Of a stretch of 64,000 bases of DNA, positions 10,370 to 18,829 are shown one piece after another. Where the stretch lies: contig OZ244207.1 in the NCBI GenBank assembly GCA_965216875.1, positions 4,480,001 through 4,544,000 of the forward strand, written 5' to 3'. Made by a program: the position numbers and the translations under genes. The notes below the pieces were generated by a model. That model saw only the letters and a program-made list of their open reading frames with translations. It was not told the origin of the DNA and did not search any database. Position 1 is the first letter of the stretch. Each line of letters starts with the position of its first letter. Origin of the DNA: Rubripirellula sp. (GTDB taxonomy: Bacteria; Planctomycetota; Planctomycetia; Pirellulales; Pirellulaceae).

Positions 10370-11572
10370 TCAATCAGCCAACCAAGCAGCCAACGTATCG
10401 GTCGACGACTGCGTTTCCTTTTTCGGATTCAACTCTTTGCTCATGGCGCCGGCGATGCGGGCGACGTAGTCGATGGTCCCTTTGAGTGCTTCGTCGGGGG
10501 CAGTCGCGTCGAGCTTGGCAACATAGATGACCATGTGCTCGCCGCTTGACGTCTTTTCGATCGCCCAACCACCAATCTTGGTCGCTGCACTTTGGCGAAG
10601 GAGGCGATTCATCAGCTCGACTTTCGGAGCCTCCTTGCTGACCAAGACGAGCGACCAGATCTTGCGAACATCGGCTCGCTGGAAGTATTCGGTGTCTTTG
10701 GCAACAAAGACCGACTGTGTGCGGCCACCCGAGAGCGACTGCTTGATTTCGTAGTGTCCCGTGTCGTGCGTCTCGTGCTCGATTTCGGCGTTGTCCAAGA
10801 GTTCCTTGGTTGGCAGCGGCGCGGGCTTCCACGAGCTCGCCAAGAACGCTTTGATTTCTGCGATATCGACGCAGTAGCTTACGAGGGCACTTTGCGGAGA
10901 AAACGACTGAGCGATCGCAATCAATTCACCTTCTGCGTTGACGACGGGCCCGCCGCTGTCACCAGGTTTGATCGGGCTCTGAGTCTCGACGACGCGGAAA
11001 TCATATTCACCGTGGTTTGATTTGAACTTTTTGTCGTAAACCGAACGGACGCGACCCGATGTGTAGACCCAAAGCACGTCGCTGCCGCCCGGGTTTCCAA
11101 TCAAATCGACTTTCGATCCAGGTTTGGTACTCGAATCGGCCAGCTCAATTGCCTTGCCGTTCTTGGGCGACTTTGGCAGCTGGATGAGCGCCAGGTCACG
11201 TTTGCGATCGATCGCCACGACCTTTCCAGGTTGGGCCAGTTTGACCACGTTCGACAAATAGTGCTTTCGCTTGACCGCTGCCGTCCCGTCGGTCACGTCG
11301 GGGAAGAATACGACGGCCGAACGGCTATCACCGACGACGTGGGCGTTGGTGAGCACCAGACGTTTTTCGCCGTCGACGTAGACGCCCGTTCCGGTCGACG
11401 TTTTGTCGTCAGCGTCACTCGTGATGATCCATGCCGTTGATGCCAACGTCTCGGAGTAGTTGTCGGCATCAGCGTGGGCCGATTGAGCCGACAACGTCAG
11501 CAGTGCTGCGGCCGAGAAAGCAAAGAATACCGACTTCAATTTCGCGATCATGCTGGTACCAGAAAGGGACAT
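10370..11572 (-). CDS. Secreted trypsin-like serine protease with C-terminal YbjN/T3SS-chaperone-like domain
   Basis: Signal AHA-DA; triad motifs LTNAHVV, DLALI, PGDSGGP. The YbjN-like call for the C-terminal domain is inferred. Confidence 0.88.
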   Translation of the reverse strand: MSLSGTSMIAKLKSVFFAFSAAALLTLSAQSAHADADNYSETLASTAWIITSDADDKTSTGTGVYVDGEKRLVLTNAHVVGDSRSAVVFFPDVTDGTAAVKRKHYLSNVVKLAQPGKVVAIDRKRDLALIQLPKSPKNGKAIELADSSTKPGSKVDLIGNPGGSDVLWVYTSGRVRSVYDKKFKSNHGEYDFRVVETQSPIKPGDSGGPVVNAEGELIAIAQSFSPQSALVSYCVDIAEIKAFLASSWKPAPLPTKELLDNAEIEHETHDTGHYEIKQSLSGGRTQSVFVAKDTEYFQRADVRKIWSLVLVSKEAPKVELMNRLLRQSAATKIGGWAIEKTSSGEHMVIYVAKLDATAPDEALKGTIDYVARIAGAMSKELNPKKETQSSTDTLAAWLAD

Positions 11573-11636
11573 GGTTCACCTCGTTTTCGGCGCGGCCGGT
11601 GTCGGTCCGCATGGGAATGGGTTTGGCTCTAAGTCA

Positions 11637-11664
11637 CCAAGCGGGAAGCTGCCCAGGTTGTTAC
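11637..11664 (-). promoter_or_regulatory. ECF-type promoter motif GTAAC-N16-CGCTTGG (copy 2)
   Basis: Minus strand GTAAC aacctgggcagcttcc CGCTTGG, upstream of the protease. Confidence 0.75.
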
Positions 11665-11737
11665 AGATCGCCTGAGCTTTTTTTTGAGAGCATTGGGAGA
11701 TGGGCTGTGAGCTAAGAACACATAAGCGGCCGCGCCG

Positions 11738-11808
11738 CGTTTGTAGTCCCGAGCTTTTGCCGGAATCTTGAGGCTCTTCCGCCTAAAGGCGGTACTACGA
11801 ACGGTGCG
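11738..11808. repeat. GTAG-type REP-like element, inverted relative to 12851-13023
   Basis: CGTTTGTAGTCCCGAGCTTTTGCCGGAATCTT...CCGCCTAAAGGCGGTACTACGAACGGTGCG. Confidence 0.8.
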
Positions 11809-11822
11809 TGCAGAGCCCAATC

Positions 11823-12710
11823 TCAGCCAGCTTTCTTGAAGTTGAGCGTCATTGCGGTGCCGCCCTGAGCGTTCTTGATCTGCAGCTCGAAGGCGTCCTC
11901 TGGCGACTGATCGAATGTGCAGTCGAGAGTCACGTCGCCGTCACCAACGAGTTTCAATTGGTTGCCTGAGCGAACGACTCTCCCCTTCGAAACGGTCGAC
12001 TTGCCAGCTTTCACGTGGACCAATTGAAACCGAGCGTCGGCGGCGATCTGAATCGCGAAGGCTTCGTTGTTGGCCAACGACGCCGACCAACGTCCTGACA
12101 GCGAAGCGATGCTGGTCGAACGAGCGTTTGCCGCGGGCGACGCGGACCACAGATTGGCCTGTTTTTCAGCAAGCTGGGCCATGGCGTGCAGTTCGCTTTT
12201 CAGCCCGCTCGCGGTGACGGAACGATTCGAGATCGACGCGCGCACTTGCAGTGTTTTTGCGTTGGGATCATAGGCGAACGACCGCCCCTGATGATCGCCC
12301 GCAGCGAGGAGTTGAAGCAACGTTTGATTGCTCAATTGCGTGTCGCCGTCAATCTTGGCGAGTGTTAATCGACAGTCGAGCCGATCACGGTCGACGTCCA
12401 CGGCAATCGATGCGGGAAATTTCCAACTTGAGTGGGCCAGCGTGAGGGTGGCGTGATGATCCGAATCCTTCGCCTCCAAATTGGCCGTATTCAAGGTTTC
12501 GACAAGCGACGGAACGCTGGTGACGCGATCGACCGAGCCTGACACGTTTTTCGAAGCAACCGGGCTCACGTCGTCTGATTCTGACTCAGTAGTCGCATTC
12601 GACGCTTGAAAAACCGACTCCATCGCCACTTCGGAAAACAGCTCGTCTGCCTTCACTGGGGCCACGGACGCGAAGCTGATGAGCACAGTAAGAAGGGCTG
12701 AATGACGCAC
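11823..12710 (-). CDS. Secreted hypothetical protein with YbjN-like domain and C-terminal beta-rich domain
   Basis: Signal VKA-DE; LSGRWSASLANNEAFAIQIAADARF resembles the C-terminus of 9420-10229. Confidence 0.8.
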   Translation of the reverse strand: MRHSALLTVLISFASVAPVKADELFSEVAMESVFQASNATTESESDDVSPVASKNVSGSVDRVTSVPSLVETLNTANLEAKDSDHHATLTLAHSSWKFPASIAVDVDRDRLDCRLTLAKIDGDTQLSNQTLLQLLAAGDHQGRSFAYDPNAKTLQVRASISNRSVTASGLKSELHAMAQLAEKQANLWSASPAANARSTSIASLSGRWSASLANNEAFAIQIAADARFQLVHVKAGKSTVSKGRVVRSGNQLKLVGDGDVTLDCTFDQSPEDAFELQIKNAQGGTAMTLNFKKAG

Positions 12711-12766
12711 GATTTGGCTCCGATTTGGGTGTGCAATCGACGGAAAGGGTCTGTTTGAGTGCTATT

Positions 12767-12794
12767 CCAAGCGGAGCTCGGGTGAGAACGTTAC
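12767..12794 (-). promoter_or_regulatory. ECF-type promoter motif GTAAC-N16-CGCTTGG (copy 3)
   Basis: Minus strand GTAAC gttctcacccgagctc CGCTTGG. Confidence 0.75.
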
Positions 12795-12850
12795 AGGTTG
12801 TGTGCGTTTTTTTTCGCCCGTGAGCTGTCAGGCCTTGGGCCACACGCTTG

Positions 12851-13023
12851 CGCACCTTTCGCAGTAAAGCCTTTAGGCGGCGGGCAAAAAGATTCCGGCT
12901 AAAGCTCGGGACTACAAACGGCGGCCGGTCGCGCTCACGCATTCACGGCTCACGCACCGTTCGTAATAAAGCCTTTAGGCGGCGGGCAAGAAGATTCCAG
13001 CTAAAGCTCGGGACTACAAACGG
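12851..13023. repeat. Two direct copies (about 70 bp) of a GTAG-type REP-like element
   Basis: 12851-12921 and 12953-13023 share TAAAGCCTTTAGGCGGCGGGCAA...GATTCC.GCTAAAGCTCGGGACTACAAACGG. Confidence 0.85.
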
Positions 13024-13052
13024 GCAACAGAAAAATTGTTTTTGCAATTCTC

Positions 13053-13080
13053 GTAACAAACTCCGCGGGCTCTCGCTTGG
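13053..13080 (+). promoter_or_regulatory. ECF-type promoter motif GTAAC-N16-CGCTTGG (copy 4)
   Basis: GTAAC aaactccgcgggctct CGCTTGG, upstream of 13171. Confidence 0.75.
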
Positions 13081-13170
13081 CTACTCAGTCACGAAACGAA
13101 CGGGAACGACGAGACGCGGCAACTCACGCTTCCTTCCACTTTCAAACTGCCGTCTTTGGAGAACGAAACG

Positions 13171-13575
13171 ATGTTGAAGAAGATCCTTTTTGCAGTCGCA
13201 CCGATGATGTTGATCGCAAGCTCCGCCATGGCTGACGACAACCTGTTGGCAGCCGTCGCCAAGATGGACCTCGACTCGGCAAACGGTGCTTCGGTCGCAA
13301 CGATCGATGACGATGACTTGGGGCAAGCGGATGTCGATGCCTTGCTGGGCAACGACGAAGTGAGCGAAGAGGAAGCGATTGCAGCTTGCTTCCGTCGCGT
13401 CGGTTACGGCTACCGATATCGCGGCTGGGGTTACAGCAGCTACCGTTCATGCTACCGGTCGTACAGTTGCTTTCCTTCCTACAACTACTGCTACCGTCCA
13501 GTGAGCTACAGCTACTGCACGCCGACCTACACCCGCTACGCCCCAATCTACACCGGCTACTGGGGTTGCTGGTAA
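13171..13575 (+). CDS. Secreted pre-pro-peptide with acidic pro-region and Tyr/Cys/Arg-rich C-terminal core
   Basis: GGAGA RBS, signal AMA-DD, acidic segment, ACFRR, then 58 aa with 16 Tyr and 5 Cys. Confidence 0.85.
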   Translation: MLKKILFAVAPMMLIASSAMADDNLLAAVAKMDLDSANGASVATIDDDDLGQADVDALLGNDEVSEEEAIAACFRRVGYGYRYRGWGYSSYRSCYRSYSCFPSYNYCYRPVSYSYCTPTYTRYAPIYTGYWGCW

Positions 13576-13761
13576 GTCGCTGATGCGAATCGTTGCGGGC
13601 ACTCGAGAGCCCAACCTCTCAAGTGCCCAACCTCTCAAGTATCCGGCACCGACACAACTCGATGCTCTATCGCCCAACGCCCGGCTCCACGTTTGATCGT
13701 GGTCGCCGGGCTTTTTTTCGACACTCCCAAACCAATTGAAATCCAAGAAAAAGGTCCTCCG

Positions 13762-14550
13762 ATGAACCGCACCCGTCTCATGCAATGTTTGCTTGCCACA
13801 GGTTTCGTGATTTCTGCGAGCCTGAACGTCCCCGCTCAGCAGATTAGCCCCGCACAGCAGATTAGCACCTCTGAAGTCCTGCACCGTACGAATCGATGCG
13901 ATCACGTGATTGCGTTGATCCACCGACACGGCGTCAACAACAGCGTCAACCGAGCTGTTGGCAACGCAATGATTCACCATGCTGCTTTCGGCGGCATCGT
14001 TGTTGATGAATCCGACGTTGGTGACTTGCAACTCGCGGGAGTCAACCAGATCGTCGACCAAGACTCGACATGCGGGCCCAAGTTTGCCGTCCTGATTCGC
14101 AACCAAAGCAACCGAGTGGTCAGCAACTTTCGCCTCTCCGCCGTCGGCACCCTCGGTCGCATCTCGCCCTTTTCGCCAAGCACAACGATCACGGTGGGAG
14201 CCATCGGCGCTGGCGAAACGTTGCAGGTCGAGATCACTCTGCCGCTCGAAGCACTGGCGATGGGTAACCGTAATGGCCAGATCATCGGTCTGCAGCGATT
14301 GGTGATTGCCATCGACAGTTTCGACGAATTGGCGGAAACGAACGAAGCGAATAACCTGCATGCGTTCAACCTTGCACAGATCCCAACGCTGACGCTTCCC
14401 GTCGAAACAACGTCGGTATCAACGACTGAAGTGCAAGTCGATGCACCGACAACGCAGGTACCGGCGACGGAGCCGACCACTCAAACCGACCGACTGCGTT
14501 CCGCCATCGAGAAACTCGCCGTCGAGCAAACGGGCGGGGCGGTGAATTGA
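13762..14550 (+). CDS. Secreted protein with CARDB-like Ig domain
   Basis: Signal peptide; IGAGETLQV...IDSFDELAETNEANN is a CARDB-like ending. Confidence 0.75.
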   Translation: MNRTRLMQCLLATGFVISASLNVPAQQISPAQQISTSEVLHRTNRCDHVIALIHRHGVNNSVNRAVGNAMIHHAAFGGIVVDESDVGDLQLAGVNQIVDQDSTCGPKFAVLIRNQSNRVVSNFRLSAVGTLGRISPFSPSTTITVGAIGAGETLQVEITLPLEALAMGNRNGQIIGLQRLVIAIDSFDELAETNEANNLHAFNLAQIPTLTLPVETTSVSTTEVQVDAPTTQVPATEPTTQTDRLRSAIEKLAVEQTGGAVN

Positions 14551-14600
14551 GAAGGTCGAAAAGCTCAAGTACGATTTGTGCCGCCTTCGGGCGGCGGGAT

Positions 14601-16862
14601 CTATTCGCTTTCGACGGGAACGTCTGATCCGCGTGTCGACAAGACTTCAGCCATTCGATCCCATCGATGAGTGATCTGCAAGAATGCCAAGAACGACGCG
14701 ATCAACCCGACCACTCCCGCCGCAATCGCGGTCAGCATGAACCCGCGGGCTTGGCTTTGACTGGAAATGATCAAAGCGGCGCCGAGCTGCGGAATGATCG
14801 CGGCAAACAGCAAGTAGACTTGGCTGCGGCGAAACATTTTTCGACGGCGTTTGTCAAAGTCATCGTCCTGCATCGAACCACCGACCAAGTGGGGGTAGTA
14901 GACCAACGTTGAAACCAGGGCGAGACCAAAGAATGGATAGATCATCGCGACACTGCCGCAGATCAACAGCGAAATGAAGAAGTGCGCGGCCTGAGCAGCG
15001 GTAAAGTCGGGATACATCGTCCAGAGAGCGAGTGGATAGATCAATCCAGCGGCCATCCAAAACGAACCCCCGATCACCGCCGCGCGATGCCCCAAGTTGA
15101 GCGTATCGTCGATGTTTTGACTCGAGACACGTTCACCGCGATTGGCCAATCGTATGCCGCGCACCATCCCCGAAGCGAACCACACCATGACGGGAATCGC
15201 CAACGGATAGGCCACCAAGTTGACGCAAATTGCGATCTTGTTCAGGCCATCGCGCATCTCACTGTCGAGAATCTCTTGATGGTTGTAGTCATAGTTGAAG
15301 ACGCCGCCAGCGATGTTCGGCAGTAGGATTGCCGCAACTGCGACAAGCCATGGCGACACCTTGGCCAAACGGGCGACCATCGAGTCTTCGGCCGGATCAA
15401 ACAGCTCGGCTGCCTCGGGATGCAACGCGAGACTCAGCCGCGCCGCCATTTGTGCGCCACTTTGCGGCCGATCTTCAACGGAGACCGACAATGCACCGCG
15501 AAGCGTTTTTTCCAACACGCGTTCCGACGCCGTGCCAGTTCGAACCGGCTCCAATAGCGGCAACTCTCTTGCCGCCAGTTGGCCTTGCACCGCATCGCCC
15601 CAAGAATCGACACCTTGCCGACACGCAAAGGGCCGTTGCCCCTGCCACAACTCCCAAAGCAAAACGGCAAGGGAATACAAGTCCGCGGCTTCGGCGACTT
15701 CGGCGGGTTGTTCAAGCCATTGGGCGCTGATCGCGCGCAAGTGTTCGGGGGCCATGTAGCCAATGGAACCACCAAACGAGGTCGCCGCGCCTGCCCTGCC
15801 TGCCGCCCCAGCAAAACTGACATTGAAGTCGGCAAGCTTCGGAGTCCCTTCTGCAGTCAACAAGACGTTTGCTGGTTTGACATCGCGATGCAGAACACCT
15901 TGGTCATGAGCAGCGTCCAAAGCGCGCGCCAATTGCATTCCGATCCACGCGACAACCGTCGGCCAGCCTGCCATTGCAATCCAATCGCGAATCGGCGAGC
16001 GGTCCGGGACGGCCTGGGCAGTGCCAAGCAAATTGCGATCGATGGTATCAAGTAAAACGTCACGCGGTGTTCCCGAGGGATGTTGGCGTAAGCTTTTGAC
16101 GACATCCGCCAACGTACCTCCAGGATGGAATTGCATGTAAAGCAAATGCAACGGCGGCTCTTCAATCGCCCGTTGGTCAAACACCCGCACGATGTTTGGA
16201 TGGTCAAACTGAGCCAGTGCGCGCGGTTCGTCACCGCTGCCCAAGGACACTTTCAATGCCACCAATCGATGCATTGATACTTGGCGAGCCAAATAGACGT
16301 GAGCAAACGCGCCCTGGCCAAGTTTTTGGATGATCAAAAAATCGTCGCATTGACTTCCGACGACCAACTCGGGCGGAGCACCGCGTTGCTCGACAGCCGC
16401 AGTCGCCTCGGCTGTTCCGATCAATTGTGCGAACATCCCTTCGAACTGAGGGAAACGGTCGCAATACTCCTCGCGCTTCGGCAGGTCACCCGATTCTTTC
16501 CGAAGCTGAATCTCTTCCATCACCAAATCGATCGGAATGGCGTCTTTTGACAACCACTCTGGCAACGCGTCGACGTAGCGTTCAATCCGATGTTGTTTGC
16601 CCGCCTCGGCCGACATCGCCAAGTCCATCTTGATCAGCTCGACCAACACGTACCGAGCGTCCGAGGGCTCGATCGGAGGCAGTATTTCACCGAGCTGGCG
16701 CGGGTCGTCAGTCGGTCCACACTCAATCAAACGTTCGAGACACTCAGCGATAACGTCATCGACGTCAACGTTGGCGATGTCCTCTGCAGCATCGGCTTCG
16801 TTTTGCTCGCGCTGCGGGCGATCCCACGAGTCGTCGTCTCGATCAAGCGGCGTGGGCGACAT
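14601..16862 (-). CDS. Membrane-bound Hanks-type Ser/Thr protein kinase
   Basis: LGQGAFAHVY, VALK, HRDVKPAN, KLADFN, GYMAPE; several C-terminal TM helices. Confidence 0.93.
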   Translation of the reverse strand: MSPTPLDRDDDSWDRPQREQNEADAAEDIANVDVDDVIAECLERLIECGPTDDPRQLGEILPPIEPSDARYVLVELIKMDLAMSAEAGKQHRIERYVDALPEWLSKDAIPIDLVMEEIQLRKESGDLPKREEYCDRFPQFEGMFAQLIGTAEATAAVEQRGAPPELVVGSQCDDFLIIQKLGQGAFAHVYLARQVSMHRLVALKVSLGSGDEPRALAQFDHPNIVRVFDQRAIEEPPLHLLYMQFHPGGTLADVVKSLRQHPSGTPRDVLLDTIDRNLLGTAQAVPDRSPIRDWIAMAGWPTVVAWIGMQLARALDAAHDQGVLHRDVKPANVLLTAEGTPKLADFNVSFAGAAGRAGAATSFGGSIGYMAPEHLRAISAQWLEQPAEVAEAADLYSLAVLLWELWQGQRPFACRQGVDSWGDAVQGQLAARELPLLEPVRTGTASERVLEKTLRGALSVSVEDRPQSGAQMAARLSLALHPEAAELFDPAEDSMVARLAKVSPWLVAVAAILLPNIAGGVFNYDYNHQEILDSEMRDGLNKIAICVNLVAYPLAIPVMVWFASGMVRGIRLANRGERVSSQNIDDTLNLGHRAAVIGGSFWMAAGLIYPLALWTMYPDFTAAQAAHFFISLLICGSVAMIYPFFGLALVSTLVYYPHLVGGSMQDDDFDKRRRKMFRRSQVYLLFAAIIPQLGAALIISSQSQARGFMLTAIAAGVVGLIASFLAFLQITHRWDRMAEVLSTRGSDVPVESE

Positions 16863-17030
16863 GCAGTGAACTTAGAAGACGACGTACAAAGGGTCTTCGA
16901 TTGCGAAGCAAAACCTGCCCCGATCGCGCAAACCTTGTCCTGATCGAAACGACCCTGCGAACCAACAGCGTTTACTGTAGATTGGAGGGCTGTCTCCGAC
17001 TACCTCGCTCTCTCAACGCGCAGCAGTACG

Positions 17031-17654
17031 ATGATGGATGAAAACGATGATTCGGATCGGGTTCTGCAGATCAAAGAGCGGGATTCGCAAGCGTTGGCCG
17101 CCTACATCCAAGACAACCGGTCTCAGCTCGAGCGGTTTCTCAGGTCGATTACGGGTGAACACTTGCTTGCGGTGGTCGAAGTGGACGATCTGATCCAAGA
17201 AATCTCGACAGCAGCTCTAACCGGTCTGCCCACCGCGCCGCTCGATCAGTACGAGCCGATGCAATGGTTGCAGCAGATTGCCAGGCGCCGCGTGGTCGAT
17301 GCGCACCGTTTTCACTTTGATGCCAAGCGGCGCGATGTGGGCCGGCAAAAATCGTTGAACGCCGCGGCCAGTCCCGACGCTTCCATGATGGGTCTCGAAC
17401 AGCTTTTGGCGGCGAGTATGACGTCACCAAGCGCTGTGGTCAGCCAGGACATTCGAATGTGCCGGATCCAGCAAGTGATCGAAGAGCTGCCCGATGAACA
17501 GAAGCAGGCAATCCGAATGCGCTACGTCGACGGTTTGCCGACCAAACAGATTGCCGAGGAACTTGGCAAAACCGATGTCGCCATCCGCGTGCTCCTTTCT
17601 CGCAGCATGCGTCAACTCGAAAAGCAGCTCGAAGACGTCCGACCAACACGCTGA
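17031..17654 (+). CDS. ECF RNA polymerase sigma factor (planctomycete kinase-associated type)
   Basis: DDLIQE, WLQQIARRRVVD, linker TSPS, sigma4 LPDEQKQAIRMRYVDGLPTKQIAEELG. Confidence 0.92.
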   Translation: MMDENDDSDRVLQIKERDSQALAAYIQDNRSQLERFLRSITGEHLLAVVEVDDLIQEISTAALTGLPTAPLDQYEPMQWLQQIARRRVVDAHRFHFDAKRRDVGRQKSLNAAASPDASMMGLEQLLAASMTSPSAVVSQDIRMCRIQQVIEELPDEQKQAIRMRYVDGLPTKQIAEELGKTDVAIRVLLSRSMRQLEKQLEDVRPTR

Positions 17655-17669
17655 CAGTCGCGGAACAAT

Positions 17670-17946
17670 CACCCTCCCGCTTGCGGGAGGGTCGGACGCA
17701 AACTCCGGGGAGGGAATGATTTCCATAGAACAAACCCTCTCTGGGCCCGTGAGCCGTACGCGCTAGCGTCGGGCCCTGGGAAATTCACACGAGTGCAAGG
17801 CCCGACGCTAGCGCGCTGGGCTCACCATTTGTAGCTACCTTCGCCAGAAGGTAGTTCCCATTGGCAGGCCGGCTTCCACGATCACCACGCTCTGGCGAGC
17901 GTAGCTACCAAGCGTGGTAAGGCCCGACGCTAGCGCGCTGGGCTTA
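17670..17946. repeat. Mosaic of REP-like palindromic elements
   Basis: CCCTCCCGCTTGCGGGAGGG; CCGTGAGCCGTACGCGCTAGCGTCGGGCC...GGCCCGACGCTAGCGCGCTGGGCTCAC, whose right arm is repeated at 17920-17946; GTAGCTAC...GTAGCTAC at 17831-17908. Confidence 0.8.
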
Positions 17947-17977
17947 CAAAAAAGTTACGTCCTCTCGGAAAAAAACG

Positions 17978-18005
17978 GTAACACTCGGCCCTCCACTCCG
18001 CTTGG
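17978..18005 (+). promoter_or_regulatory. ECF-type promoter motif GTAAC-N16-CGCTTGG (copy 5)
   Basis: GTAAC actcggccctccactc CGCTTGG, upstream of 18064. Confidence 0.75.
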
Positions 18006-18063
18006 CAAATAGAAACGGCAACTCACCCGCCGCAGAACACGTCTCAAATCGCCACAGGACAGA

Positions 18064-18588
18064 ATGATGAGCCGCTCCAAAACCACGCAAATCCTGCTTT
18101 TTTCCGCCGCCTGTTCCGTTCTGCTGCTCAGCGCCCCCACCGCCGAAGCCGGCAATGGTTGGGGTTGGAAAAAACCGATGAATCAGAAAATGGGAGCGTT
18201 CTACACCGGCAACAAAAAACTGCGACGCTCGTCCACATCGAGCTCGAGCCACTCCTCGCGTTACCGCCACTCGACTCATTCGACCTACCGAACGGTGACA
18301 CCCCGTACCTATCATTCCGCTCCGGTCGTCGTGAAGACCGTGCCCCAAACCGTGATGCCCATCCAACCGGCTCCCGTCACCCACGCGCCCTCCGCAACGG
18401 TACCGCCCCCAACACAGACTGCTCCGATCACAACGGCATTGCCCGAGCAGCCCCTGGCCGTTTCTGCCGCTCAACCCAAACCGGCGACTGCAAAGCCAGT
18501 GCAGGTCCCAACCCAGAAAGCGGAACAAGCCCCACCGACCGCAGAACAACAAGCCCTCGAGCTCCTTGGTCCTTGGCTCGCAAAGTGA
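18064..18588 (+). CDS. Secreted low-complexity hypothetical protein
   Basis: Signal AEA-GN; basic Ser/His/Tyr-rich segment followed by a Pro/Thr/Ala-rich tail. Confidence 0.75.
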   Translation: MMSRSKTTQILLFSAACSVLLLSAPTAEAGNGWGWKKPMNQKMGAFYTGNKKLRRSSTSSSSHSSRYRHSTHSTYRTVTPRTYHSAPVVVKTVPQTVMPIQPAPVTHAPSATVPPPTQTAPITTALPEQPLAVSAAQPKPATAKPVQVPTQKAEQAPPTAEQQALELLGPWLAK

Positions 18589-18829
18589 GCAAAGGACATT
18601 GGACAGAAAGATGAGGGACAAAAAATGGTCGGTCACCCAACCTGATCATCAAGCCACGCGCCATCATCTTTCTGTCCCCCATCTTTCTGTCGACCACTCT
18701 TCAACCACTTACGAAGCCCCTCCGTCTTCGTTTTTCTGCCAACTCTTTTCTCCATTTCTGTCACAGGCCACTTTCTTCCGTGTCCAAGTAAGAAACCCCC
18801 CGCTTCTTGGCACAAAAAAGGTCTGTGAA

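Noticed and set aside
18566..18829. N-terminal extension of the SRPBCC ORF
   Set aside because: Runs through an inverted-repeat element and the candidate promoter; ATG 18830 is the more plausible start.
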